From Pseudobdellovibrionaceae bacterium (GTDB taxonomy: Bacteria; Bdellovibrionota; Bdellovibrionia; Bdellovibrionales; UBA1609), in contig JACKAM010000002.1 in NCBI GenBank assembly GCA_020635075.1, positions 593,811 through 657,810 of the forward strand: 64,000 nt of DNA, read 5' to 3'. How positions within the stretch are numbered: the first letter of the stretch is position 1; each line of letters starts with the position of its first letter. Made by a program: the position numbers and the translations under genes. This document shows, one piece after another, positions 30,894 to 40,559 of this stretch. The notes beneath the pieces are model-generated. The model worked only from the letters and a program-made list of their open reading frames with translations. It searched no databases and had not been told where the DNA came from.

Positions 30894-31751
30894 ATGCAAT
30901 GGGACGATCTAAGGTTTTTTCTCGCCGTAGCTAAGACAGGCTCGATCAGCTCAGGGGCCCGGAAGCTGGATGTTCAACATTCCACAGTTTCACGCCGTAT
31001 TCGTGCCCTGGAGCAACGACTTAAGACTAGGCTCTTGGAGCGGATACAAGGCGGGTATGAACTCACTCCGGCCGGAGAGCAGCTAAAGGCCATCGCTCAA
31101 CGAATTGAAAATGAGATTTTTGAAGTCGACCAGGTATTGGATGACGAGATCAAACTCTCTGGTCCTCTTCGGGTGGCAACTCTGAATAACGTGGCCTCAA
31201 CTGTTTTGATGCCTATCTTTAAAGAATTCTGTGAAAAACACCCCGATGTGGAGTTACACATCAACGTGTCTAATCAATACCTGAGCCTCTATCAACGTGA
31301 AGCTGATGTCGCGATTCGCCTAACCAATGAACCACCAGACACCCTGATTGGGACTCGACTGGTGACCGTCGCCTCAGCGGTCTATGGCAACAAAGAGTAC
31401 CTTAAGCAATGCAAACAGGCTGGCCATGATCCGGAATGGATCGGCGTCACCTGCTGCAACTTCCACAAAACGTGGACCAAGCGTGAGTGTGGCAACCGCA
31501 CTTTTAACTTCTACAGTGACGACACCATTCTCACCCTGGCCTCGATTCGTGAAGGCATGGGGCTTAGTTTTCTTCCCTGCTTTATGGGCGACAGCGATCC
31601 CCAGCTTGAGCGATTCATGGAACCAAACTCCGATGACGAAATTGGCCTTTGGCTTCTCTATCATCCGGATCTAAAAAACACCGTCAAAATCAGGGAATTT
31701 AAAAGTTTTATGGAGAGCGAGATCCAAAATTACAAACACCTGTTTGCTTAG
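30894..31751 (+). CDS. LysR-family transcriptional regulator
   Basis: ATG at 30894 gives MQWDDLRFFLAVAKTGSISSGARKLDVQHSTVSRRIRALE. Confidence 0.9.
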   Translation: MQWDDLRFFLAVAKTGSISSGARKLDVQHSTVSRRIRALEQRLKTRLLERIQGGYELTPAGEQLKAIAQRIENEIFEVDQVLDDEIKLSGPLRVATLNNVASTVLMPIFKEFCEKHPDVELHINVSNQYLSLYQREADVAIRLTNEPPDTLIGTRLVTVASAVYGNKEYLKQCKQAGHDPEWIGVTCCNFHKTWTKRECGNRTFNFYSDDTILTLASIREGMGLSFLPCFMGDSDPQLERFMEPNSDDEIGLWLLYHPDLKNTVKIREFKSFMESEIQNYKHLFA

Positions 31752-32179
31752 CCTAAACCCAAAGGCTCCATGCCGGTGTCACCGCCATACTTGGGAAGAT
31801 CATCTCTGCAATCGAGCCACTTGACGCGATCACTATAGTAAACGTGAGCCTTGGCTTGCTCCGCCATCTCTTGATCTACTGAGGCTCTAGTAAAATGAAC
31901 TTCCCCGGGCCAGTTTGTAGAGCGAAAAAACAATTGGCTGCCACAGATACTACAAAATTGGCGCTCGGCCTCCATGGTAGATTTATAACAGGTGAGCTGG
32001 TCAGCACCGGAGATCATTTGAAACTGCTCCGCCTCTGACTTCACGCCACACCAGGTAACAAAGGCTGCACCATGGGCCCGCCTGCAAATGGAGCAGTGAT
32101 CGTGGGCCACAAACTTGATGGGGCCTTGTACTTTATATTTAACAGCACCGCAAAGACAGCCCCCAGTATATTCATTCAT
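31748..32179 (-). CDS. GFA (glutathione-dependent formaldehyde-activating / CENP-V) family protein
   Basis: GGCLCGAVKY...CHCSICRR...FCSICGS. Confidence 0.85.
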   Translation of the reverse strand: MNEYTGGCLCGAVKYKVQGPIKFVAHDHCSICRRAHGAAFVTWCGVKSEAEQFQMISGADQLTCYKSTMEAERQFCSICGSQLFFRSTNWPGEVHFTRASVDQEMAEQAKAHVYYSDRVKWLDCRDDLPKYGGDTGMEPLGLG

Positions 32180-32736
32180 TTTTTTACTTCTCGTTTCAGT
32201 TTTGAAAAAACCAAAGTGTCACGAAACCTGCCATTTTCGGCAGAGTCTTCTCTAAGAGTTCCATCGAGATGGTAATCAAGTCGCCTGGGAACTCCGGCTG
32301 ACTTCAGATTGAGCGAAGAACAGCGGATTTCAACACGATTAAAGCCAATCTGAAAGCAGATGGTTTCCAATGCCTGTACCGCCGCCGACATGAGCCCCTG
32401 GCCTTCGAACTTTCCCAAGATCCAATAACCAATTTCACATTTGGCATTTTCCCAGGAGATCGAGTGAAGGCCGACATTGCCAATGTACTCCCCACTACCC
32501 AGCTTAAAGATGCTGTAATCGAACAAAGTGCCTTCGGCCCACTTCTCGTGAGTCATTTTTATGTAACCAATTTCGTCCTCAAGGGTCTGCGTGTACTCAA
32601 CCCAGGGCAAAAACTCGCCCAATCGGGCCCTATCGGAATCCACGTACTCAAACATTGTTTGAGCCGTTTCCAAAGAGTGCCTTCTGAGCGCAACTCTTTC
32701 GGCCACAATTTCTTCCGGAAGTTTCCGAACTTTCAT
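32176..32736 (-). CDS. GNAT-family N-acetyltransferase (RimJ/RimL-like)
   Basis: IGYWILGKFEGQGLMSAAV...RVEIRCSSLNLKS...GF. Confidence 0.85.
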   Translation of the reverse strand: MKVRKLPEEIVAERVALRRHSLETAQTMFEYVDSDRARLGEFLPWVEYTQTLEDEIGYIKMTHEKWAEGTLFDYSIFKLGSGEYIGNVGLHSISWENAKCEIGYWILGKFEGQGLMSAAVQALETICFQIGFNRVEIRCSSLNLKSAGVPRRLDYHLDGTLREDSAENGRFRDTLVFSKLKREVKK

Positions 32737-32762
32737 GCCACAAATCCTGTAGGGTGCCTATC

Positions 32763-33248
32763 TCACTTCACGAAGTGAGCCTCCCAGGGTCCAATGCCTG
32801 TGATCTGCATCACTGTTGGTTCAAGCGCCCATACAATATGCACAGCATCTCGCTTGTTAATGTAGTAGTCTCCGGGGCCAAATTTTTGGGCGGTTTCAAG
32901 TGTTGCGTCCACCCCAAAGCCGACGGCAGCCTTGCCACTCAAAAGAGTCACGCGTTCGTCTTTCGGGTGGGTGTGGGCCGGCATCACAAATGACTTTCCG
33001 AGCCTAAAGCGCACCGTGAACATATCGGGCTTCTTGGGATGCCCCTCCAAAACAAACATTTCGCAATCTTTGGGCAAATTCGGAGGACAGGGCTTCCACT
33101 TGATCTCGCCCTCAATCACCCGATGTTGAATCACACCCTCAGGGAAATCGACCACACCAATCGTCTTATGGGCACACCCCGTCACCAACAAGGCCAACAA
33201 CAAACCCGCTAAATATCTCACTTGGACCTCTCCCCTAAAATTGAACAA
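32763..33248 (-). CDS. Cupin-domain lipoprotein
   Basis: Lipobox LVTGC. Cupin-like MPAHTHPKDERVTLLSG. Confidence 0.6.
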   Translation of the reverse strand: MFNFRGEVQVRYLAGLLLALLVTGCAHKTIGVVDFPEGVIQHRVIEGEIKWKPCPPNLPKDCEMFVLEGHPKKPDMFTVRFRLGKSFVMPAHTHPKDERVTLLSGKAAVGFGVDATLETAQKFGPGDYYINKRDAVHIVWALEPTVMQITGIGPWEAHFVK

Positions 33249-33336
33249 TTGGACTCGATTGTGTATCTGGGAACTTTGTCAGGTCAAGCGACGTCGCCCG
33301 GCACCCACAGAGAACTCATTGATTCGATCACGCCGC

Positions 33337-33786
33337 CTAACTCCGCTTTAGCTGCTGAATAATGCGATCCAATTGCGACAAAAACTGGGAACGATCCGTC
33401 TTCGTCATAGCACTGGGTCCCGTTCCCTTGGACCCCAAATCACGGAGGTGAATATTGAGGTCGCGCTGAGCCAGAGCCGAGCCAATGTTCTCCTCATCCA
33501 ATTCCCGGCCTTTAGGTCCCAAAACCCGAGCCTTCTTCTCGATGCATCTCTGAGCTAATAAAATGTCCGAGGTCACCAGAATGTCTTTCTCTTGGATATT
33601 CTCAGCAATCCAGTCGTCGGCGGCATCAAAGCCACCGGAAACCACTTCCATTTGAATGTTTGGATCTAGAGGTATGTTGATATACTGGTTGGCTACGACA
33701 AAGATTTTGAGCCCATAACGTCCCGCTACCTTATAGGTTTCTTCCTTAACTGCACAGCCATCCGCATCAATGAAGACGTCTAACAA
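33337..33786 (-). CDS. YaiI/YqxD (UPF0178, DUF188) family protein
   Basis: FIDADGCAVKEE...VVAN...VSGGFDAADDWI...DILVTSDILLA. Confidence 0.8.
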   Translation of the reverse strand: MLDVFIDADGCAVKEETYKVAGRYGLKIFVVANQYINIPLDPNIQMEVVSGGFDAADDWIAENIQEKDILVTSDILLAQRCIEKKARVLGPKGRELDEENIGSALAQRDLNIHLRDLGSKGTGPSAMTKTDRSQFLSQLDRIIQQLKRS

Positions 33787-33891
33787 TTAGCCCTCCTTGG
33801 GTGCCAATGTGTTTTTTTAAAGGCAATTTGGACTCATCTTAGGCCCGACAGCGGATGTTGGCAACCACCTGTCTAGGGATTGGCCAGGTCT

Positions 33892-34749
33892 CTAGCCCCG
33901 CGATTTGGTCAGGGGGAAGAACTGAATATTCAGCTGGTAGATGCCATCTCCCCTCTCATCATCAAGGAGATCCAAAAACTTATCTTCGAACTCGTTGATG
34001 AGCTCCTTCGCCCTCTCAATTTGCCTTTCTGAAAACGCCAGGGTAACGCCCTTAATTGCGCGGCGATCAATACTAACCTCACGAACAGATTTTTTGGCAT
34101 TCTCCATCATTTGTTCGTGAAATCGCTTGATTCCCTCGTCCACCACCTCTGATGTGGTTTCCACATTGGAAGCACTCACCCGAAGACGACCCAGAGAGTC
34201 TCTATAGATCAAACCCAGTTCAAGAAGGCTGGTGAGGGTTTCCATCGCAACTTCGGGTGCAATCCTGACCTGTAGACGTCCAGCAATCCAATAGGGATTT
34301 TCCTGAAATTCGGGGAGACGAACCAGCTCTCTAATTGCAAAGTGATACCAGTTCGACGTTGCAAAGAATGTTTTTGAATCTAGTAGGCTATAACCATTGT
34401 ATAGGCTCTTTTTCTCCATTTTTTCCATGAGCAGAACTGACAAACGAGGGTTGTCGGTCAGCTTCTGCAGGCGCACCAGATCAAAAAAATAATCTCGCTC
34501 GCTCTGGCTAAAGTCGAAGTAATCAGCCAACTTCTCAACAAACTTCGGGCCCGGCAGCCTTTGCCCACGAACTACCATCGTCAGGGCTGAAGTGCTAGCC
34601 AAGCCAAGCTCTTTTGACCAAGCCGTATAGCTCCAAGATGGATCATGAAGTTTGACCTCTTCAAAGTGGCACCTGAGGAACTCCCTAAGATCTTTAAATG
34701 AGAACACTCTGTTTTGTTGAGGCTGTACCCCTGTGTTTTTTATATCCAT
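33892..34749 (-). CDS. TIGR02147/DUF4423 family protein (paralogue 2)
   Basis: FSFKDLREFLRCHFEEVKLHDPSWSYTAWSKELGLASTSALTMVVRGQRLP, ending ...YQLNIQFFPLT. Both ends align with paralogue 1. Start set at ATG 34749; the longest ORF starts at 34815. Confidence 0.7.
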   Translation of the reverse strand: MDIKNTGVQPQQNRVFSFKDLREFLRCHFEEVKLHDPSWSYTAWSKELGLASTSALTMVVRGQRLPGPKFVEKLADYFDFSQSERDYFFDLVRLQKLTDNPRLSVLLMEKMEKKSLYNGYSLLDSKTFFATSNWYHFAIRELVRLPEFQENPYWIAGRLQVRIAPEVAMETLTSLLELGLIYRDSLGRLRVSASNVETTSEVVDEGIKRFHEQMMENAKKSVREVSIDRRAIKGVTLAFSERQIERAKELINEFEDKFLDLLDDERGDGIYQLNIQFFPLTKSRG

Positions 34750-34930
34750 ACTCGTCTCAAAACAAAAAGCCCAATCGATGGAGGTGTTTCTTAACCTCAC
34801 CAGAAGAGGCCTCAAAAAAGTCCTGGCTATGGAAGTAACGATTCACATCTCGCACTATGTGTACGTCGCAACTGTCGGTTTGCCAAATCCCACCAATTTC
34901 CTGCCGACAGACCCTGTCCCATAGCCACTC

Positions 34931-36127
34931 ATGAATCATCAAAAAAGAATACTGCTGGGGCTGGTCTTCCCGAAGATTCATAACCATTGTTCTCGGGTAG
35001 TAGTACTGAATTTGTGCGATTTTGGGCGGGACACTCCCCCAGATCGTACGAATCTCACGCCGAACCGCCTGGTAAAGAAACTTCTTCAGGGCGGTGGTGG
35101 TTCCAACCGCAGTTTTGGTGGCCGCGGGGGACAAAGGGGACCCAGTTCCACCGGCGATTCATCTAATGGCATTGATTCCCCAGGCCCATCGACTAACCCT
35201 CCCGTGGCCGTCGCCGGTGGTGGCAATGCGACAACAGACGACTCATCGTCCTCCTCGAGTAGCTCCGCCAGTAGTGGTTCAAGCTCTTCTACAAATGATC
35301 AGGAGCCAGTGGGACAGGCGACTTCGAATTTGTGGTGGCTAACCGACGTGGAGAAAATTCTGACCTTGGATTATTCAGACCCTGATGGTGACGAAGCCTC
35401 CGAGTGTCAGGTGCAAAGCCTGTCCAACTTGGTCGAGTCCACGGCCTGCTCTTGTCTGGCTGGCATTTGCACAGTTGGATTGACTAGTACTCCCGGCTAC
35501 AGCGGGATGGCCTCGTTTGAATTTTCTGTGGTAACCAACTCTCTGGAAAGTGAATTCGTCGCCAATTCCGTGGAGCTCATACTGGCGGGCGGGCCTTTTC
35601 CAGGGACGTTTGAAGACCCATTAAACGCATTAAATTATTCATTCAGTGCCGGAAGCCTTAATTGGAGTTCTGACTGGATTGAGAGCGGTGAGGCCGATGG
35701 AGCCATGGCGGGCATTGTTCAGATCAACAACAAAGCCGGTCCCGGGCCCGTTGAGTGTAGCTCGGGTAACTGCCTGCGTATTGGCGATAATAGCCTCTCT
35801 GTCACTGGCACCTATAGTCTAGAACGAAAGATGAATCTCATTGGCGCAAGCACTGCCAGCCTGGGCTTTGACTGGCGCCGAGATAGCGCTTTTGGCTATC
35901 TGTCGGCTTCGGACTTTCAAGTTGAGATTTCCAAAGACAATGGTGTGACCTGGACAACCATTTTTATTGTCTTGTCAGGGGGCTCAGATGGCTCAATGAC
36001 CACAGAAAGCATCGACATCTCCAACTAGATTTCACCCTACACAATTATTCGCTTTTCCACTGGAAGCCCGGGGTTAATTGACGGCTACATTTACTTTGAC
36101 GATGTCGTGGTTACCGCACTGCCCTAG
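34931..36127 (+). pseudogene. Adhesin-like secreted protein gene with an in-frame TAG (36026-36028) and an unresolved 5' end
   Basis: Gly/Ser-rich linker, then a Cys-containing Ig/cadherin-like module (LDYSDPDGDEASEC...CSCLAGICTV), then a jelly-roll-like C-terminal domain. The same frame continues after the TAG as ISPYTIIRFSTGSPGLIDGYIYFDDVVVTALP, ending at TAG 36125-36127. No signal peptide is seen in any frame upstream. Confidence 0.55.
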
Positions 36128-36129
36128 GC

Positions 36130-37854
36130 CTAGGCAGCGAACGAGGTTTTTGAATCGTTTGATCCACTATCTCTCGGTAGACTGACGACAAAACAGGTAT
36201 TGGGGCAGGCATGATCTAAGAAGATCTCCCCGTTGTGGTTTTCGATAATTCCTTTGGAAATACTCATTCCAAGGCCCGTCCCCTGACCAACATCTTTGGT
36301 GGTGAAAAAAGGCTGAAAGATCTTCTCGGCAATCTCTGGTTGGATACCCGAGCCGCTGTCGATCACTCGAATTTGAACCCGACTGGCATCTGCTAGGATT
36401 TGAAGCTCAATCCATTTCTCCGGCAAGCTCCCTATGGCATCCGCCGCATTGACCAACAAGTTGAGGAGAACCTGGGATAGCTGAGTTCCCTGTCCCCTTA
36501 CAAGTATGGGAACCTCCGGCGAGGTGTATCGCAATTCAATTCCGCCGTCTCGAAGTCGGTGCTTACAGAACTGCAGGGTGTCCCGGATCACCTGGATAAT
36601 GTCAACCTCATCAAGAGTGTCGGTATCGTCCTCGCGGGCAAAACTTAAAAGCCCACGAATGATATCAGCGATTCTTCCGGTGGTTTTATCGATCTGTTCC
36701 GCAATGGATCGGACTGTTTCTCCCTCTTTGGACTTGATCTGCTTAGAGGTGTCGTAAAGCTCATCGACATCCAGCTGAATCACCGCCAAAGGGTTATTGA
36801 TCTCATGAGCAATACCACTGGCCATTTCACCAAGCGCCGCCATCTTTGCCGACGACACAATCTGTGCCTGCTGATCCAGAATACGCCTTTGTTGATCGTA
36901 TCTTTCTGTCACGTCGGAGAAGGAAACAATAAATGCCGCCTTGCCAGTGAAGTGCCTGGGGGGCAAGGGATGGGAGTTCAACTGAAGCCAATTCAGTGGC
37001 GAAGATCCGCCAATCTCATAGCCAAATACGTAATTCTTAAGGATCATGTTTTTGGAAACGAGTGGGCCCATCTTGCTCTCTGGGAATGAACACAGAGATT
37101 TGTCTTCACGAACAATGACCGAAAACACCTGGTCAATACTGGTGTTTTTAAACTCCTCTGTTGTGAGATTTAAAAACTTCTCCGCACTGCGGTTATGGAG
37201 AATAACTTTTCCATTGGCGGTACAAACCAAAATGGCTTCACCAAGATGACCCAGGAGGTACTTGTGAAGCACCTCGCTGGTTTCGACCACCTCCTCAACC
37301 TGGGCCTTCCGGCGAAACAGGGAGGAGGACAAGACAATGAGGCCCAAGACAGCCACATAAAGCCCAAAGAAGGACCAGTTCCTGTCAAAAAGGGATCCAA
37401 TGAGGCGGCCCTCTTCATCTCCCGATGCTTCTTGAACGGCATTGGCTTTTTCTGACAACATGAGGCTTAGATTCTGCAGCGCCACCAGGCGTTTGTTAAA
37501 ATCATCTGGGTCCAAACTGGGCTTATTCTTGATATCTGCCAAGACCTCAAGCCCATCCACCTCCCCTTCTGAGTCCCTAAGTCTCTCTTCGATGTAGGTG
37601 GCCATTTCTGCAATTTGATCCTGGGGAATGTTGGCAGTTTTGCTGTGATTGAGGACCAGTAAAGTGATGAGCTTTTCTACGAGTGATTGAGTCGAGAGAT
37701 GCTTTTGCACCTGGCCCCGATACTCAAAGGCCTGTGTCAGTGAGTCCAGGACCCCTTGCTGATTCTGGCGATTGGCGTGCACAAGCCATCCAAGGCCCGA
37801 CAGGACCATTGTCGCAAAAAATACGGAAATAATGTTCGCTTTGCGCACATTCAT
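36130..37854 (-). CDS. Sensor histidine kinase (TM, PAS-like, HisKA and HATPase_c domains)
   Basis: H-box GEMASGIAHEINNPL, N-box LLNLLVNAADA, G-boxes DSGSGI and GTGLGMS. Confidence 0.9.
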   Translation of the reverse strand: MNVRKANIISVFFATMVLSGLGWLVHANRQNQQGVLDSLTQAFEYRGQVQKHLSTQSLVEKLITLLVLNHSKTANIPQDQIAEMATYIEERLRDSEGEVDGLEVLADIKNKPSLDPDDFNKRLVALQNLSLMLSEKANAVQEASGDEEGRLIGSLFDRNWSFFGLYVAVLGLIVLSSSLFRRKAQVEEVVETSEVLHKYLLGHLGEAILVCTANGKVILHNRSAEKFLNLTTEEFKNTSIDQVFSVIVREDKSLCSFPESKMGPLVSKNMILKNYVFGYEIGGSSPLNWLQLNSHPLPPRHFTGKAAFIVSFSDVTERYDQQRRILDQQAQIVSSAKMAALGEMASGIAHEINNPLAVIQLDVDELYDTSKQIKSKEGETVRSIAEQIDKTTGRIADIIRGLLSFAREDDTDTLDEVDIIQVIRDTLQFCKHRLRDGGIELRYTSPEVPILVRGQGTQLSQVLLNLLVNAADAIGSLPEKWIELQILADASRVQIRVIDSGSGIQPEIAEKIFQPFFTTKDVGQGTGLGMSISKGIIENHNGEIFLDHACPNTCFVVSLPRDSGSNDSKTSFAA

Positions 37855-38039
37855 GGTTTCGTTTCGGACGAAAACAAAACAATGTTGAATTAGTTGACGT
37901 GTGAGATGCCTATCAAATCTTTTTTAGACTGCAGATGGGCAACAGGGTGGAATTCCCCTCAATCCAGATAGCCATTTGCATCCAAAAAAGTAGATAGGCA
38001 CCCGAGCCCTGGCCAGCTCCCCGACTTTGCGATAGGCTT

Positions 38040-38573
38040 GTGTCTATGAAAAAAGTCTTAATTGCCATTGGCGCGCTTGTTTTGGTTTTAGTCGTAGGTG
38101 GATTGTTTTTGCCCAACAAATACACGGCCTCTGCGACTTATGAGTTCAAACATTCCAAGGAGAGACTTCACGGCCTCATTGGAAACCTGGAAACTTGGCG
38201 GGAGTGGGGCCCGTGGATGGAAGACGATCCGGGAATGAAGATCGAACTGATTGGCCCAAGTGGAGTGGGCGCCAAGCAAATTTGGACCAGCCGCAAGGCG
38301 GGCAACGGAAGTCTGACCTTTACGAAATGGGACCCTGAAAGTGGAATCACCTACGACCTGGAGTTTGATGGCTGGCCCCGAGCCACCGCCGGGTTTGAGT
38401 ACCAGGATATTGAAGGCGGAGTTCGCGTCCACTGGTCAATGGACGGCAAGGTCGCAGTCCCAGTCATCGGCGGATACCTAGCCTTGTTCTTTAAGAAGAT
38501 GATCTCTTCCTCATTCGAGCAGGGGCTTAAGAACATCGACAACGTACTGAGCAAGAATGAGAACAACAACTGA
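38040..38573 (+). CDS. SRPBCC (polyketide cyclase/dehydrase-like) family protein with N-terminal TM anchor
   Basis: MKKVLIAIGALVLVLVVGG, followed by a length and W/E-rich pattern typical of Polyketide_cyc2. Confidence 0.6.
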   Translation: MSMKKVLIAIGALVLVLVVGGLFLPNKYTASATYEFKHSKERLHGLIGNLETWREWGPWMEDDPGMKIELIGPSGVGAKQIWTSRKAGNGSLTFTKWDPESGITYDLEFDGWPRATAGFEYQDIEGGVRVHWSMDGKVAVPVIGGYLALFFKKMISSSFEQGLKNIDNVLSKNENNN

Positions 38574-38747
38574 CAGTCGGGCTTTCAATCCATCTTTCCT
38601 GGTGATTCTCCAAGCGTAACACAAATCTGAAGTAGGGTGAAGACCCGGGGACTCGAAATCCCGAGCATCCATTGACCATCGCATCCAAAAGGGATGATAG
38701 ACACCTAAACCATGGCACTTCGACTCGACTTCAACTAAGATTCGCCT

Positions 38748-40025
38748 GTGCACGTCCTTAATGAATCTCACATTTTGCTGTTTCTGCTTCAGGTATCGGT
38801 GTTGCTGGCCCTGGCCCGCACTCTAGGAGTGTTGTGTGAAGAGGTGCGCATTCCGGCAATTGCTGGAGAAATCATTGCCGGTGTGCTTTTAGGCCCTACA
38901 GTATTTGGCCGGATCGCACCCGAAGCACAGACTTGGCTTTTTCCCCATGACAACATCCAAAACACCATGTTGGAAACCGTCTCCTGGTTAGGCGTGTTTT
39001 TCCTCTTACTGGCATCGGGCTTTCATGTAAACGTCAGGCAGGCTTTGCGAAGCGGAACCACGGCCCTTTCCATTGGCATCATCGGTGTATTAGTTCCTAT
39101 AGGAATTGGCGTGATCAGCTTCTGGGGACTAGATCCAAGTTATCACGGCCAAGGCGCGAGTGGGCTTTCGTTTACCCTCTTTTTGTCGGTAGCGGGCTCC
39201 ATTACAGCCATCTCTGTTGTCGCCCGGGCACTTGGCGACCTGGGGCTGGCTGGCTCCAAGGAAGGCGGCCTGGCCTTATCTGCCTGTGCGGTTAACGATC
39301 TCTTCGGCTGGCTTTTGTTCACCGTGGTTATTTCACTCTCGACTGGTGATGCCATCGACTTTATTCATTTGGTCACGACCTTTCTGTCGACCTTGGGATT
39401 TGTTGCCATTTGTATCGCTGTGGGTGCTCCCACGATCAGTGCCGCTGCTCGCATCATTCATCGCACATCCCTTCCAGATGAGATGGCTTTTCAAACCCTC
39501 ATTGTCAGCGCTGGCCTGCTGTGTGGAGCCGTGACTCAGTGGCTGGGTATTCACGCAATTTTAGGGTTTTTCTTAGCCGGCACCATGGTTGGTAGTGCTA
39601 AAGGCGTTGGCGATCAAATGCGCCAGAGCTTTTCAGATACCGTACATGCCGTGTTTGTTCCGCTGTTTTTCGCCACCATCGGGCTCAATATTGATTTTGT
39701 CACCGGGATGGAATTTGGAATTACCGCCTTGTTCATGGCCGTGGCCGTAGGGGGCAAATTCATCGGCGCCTGGATCGGAGCCCTCCTTGGCAAACTCGAC
39801 AATTCCCGCTCAGTGCTGATGGGCCTGGTGTTTGTTCCCGGTGGAGCCATGGAGATTGTTGTCGGAGCCCTGGCGATGGAACTACAACTCATTGATCAGC
39901 GCGTATTCGTGGCCATCGTATTTGCAGCCCTCGCCTCAAGCATCATTGCAGGACCTGCGGTCAGCGCATGGGCCCACCGACTGGGTATCGGCAAAGCATC
40001 TGCTGCCCAGCCCAGTCCCAACTAG
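38748..40025 (+). CDS. Cation:proton antiporter (CPA2/Kef-NapA type)
   Basis: IPAIAGEIIAGVLLGP...NDLFGWLLF...FVPLFFATIGL, polytopic, 425 aa. Confidence 0.85.
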   Translation: MHVLNESHILLFLLQVSVLLALARTLGVLCEEVRIPAIAGEIIAGVLLGPTVFGRIAPEAQTWLFPHDNIQNTMLETVSWLGVFFLLLASGFHVNVRQALRSGTTALSIGIIGVLVPIGIGVISFWGLDPSYHGQGASGLSFTLFLSVAGSITAISVVARALGDLGLAGSKEGGLALSACAVNDLFGWLLFTVVISLSTGDAIDFIHLVTTFLSTLGFVAICIAVGAPTISAAARIIHRTSLPDEMAFQTLIVSAGLLCGAVTQWLGIHAILGFFLAGTMVGSAKGVGDQMRQSFSDTVHAVFVPLFFATIGLNIDFVTGMEFGITALFMAVAVGGKFIGAWIGALLGKLDNSRSVLMGLVFVPGGAMEIVVGALAMELQLIDQRVFVAIVFAALASSIIAGPAVSAWAHRLGIGKASAAQPSPN

Positions 40026-40372
40026 TTCCAGGGCTTTAACTGAATGACACCAAAATAGAAGTATTCCCTGAGAACGATATCAGGCTTGAAGTGGCAGTAG
40101 GCTTTAAAGACCCGACTTGGAGTTACCTCTGATACAACATCAAAGACAGCGTTCTGGCACTTCTCTAAGGTGGCCTTTTTCTCTCCGGCCTCTTTGGTCG
40201 AAAAAGTCATCTTCACAATAGGAAGACCTTCAATAATCGGAAAGTCGGCCGAGCCCTTATCTCGTTCATGATAAACGGGGATTTCACCGGGACCAGCATA
40301 GGTGACTGCTCCAACCTTGGGCACTAACAAACCAATAACTATAAGTGTGCTAATTATTTTGATCGTTTCCAT
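40022..40372 (-). CDS. Small secreted hypothetical protein
   Basis: An internal ATG at 40372 gives METIKIISTLIVIGLLVPKVGA. The upstream part of the 220-aa track ORF overlaps the S8 gene and its terminator. Confidence 0.5.
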   Translation of the reverse strand: METIKIISTLIVIGLLVPKVGAVTYAGPGEIPVYHERDKGSADFPIIEGLPIVKMTFSTKEAGEKKATLEKCQNAVFDVVSEVTPSRVFKAYCHFKPDIVLREYFYFGVIQLKPWN

Positions 40373-40481
40373 ATGAAATCCTACCTGGTTGATCATCCAT
40401 GGGCCAGACCTATTTTTAGACGGAGCATGATGGCGCTCCATGAGCGCGACACTTTCGGTTAGGTGCCTAACCCAGCCAAAT

Positions 40482-40509
40482 AAAAAAGCGCCTCTATAAA
40501 GAAGCGCTT
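40482..40509 (-). terminator. Rho-independent terminator after the S8 peptidase gene
   Basis: The stem pairs AAGCGC (40486-40491) with GCGCTT (40504-40509) around a 12-nt loop. A T-run follows on the minus strand. Confidence 0.55.
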
Positions 40510-40559
40510 TTGTTTTAAGCCCCACCAACAAGTGAGGCTCGGTGTTTATCTGTGTTCGA

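Noticed and set aside
36122-36135. CCTAGGCCTAGGC palindrome between the adhesin-like gene and the histidine kinase.
   Set aside because: It is explained by two convergent TAG stop codons 2 nt apart. There is no further stem or T-tract to support a terminator call.
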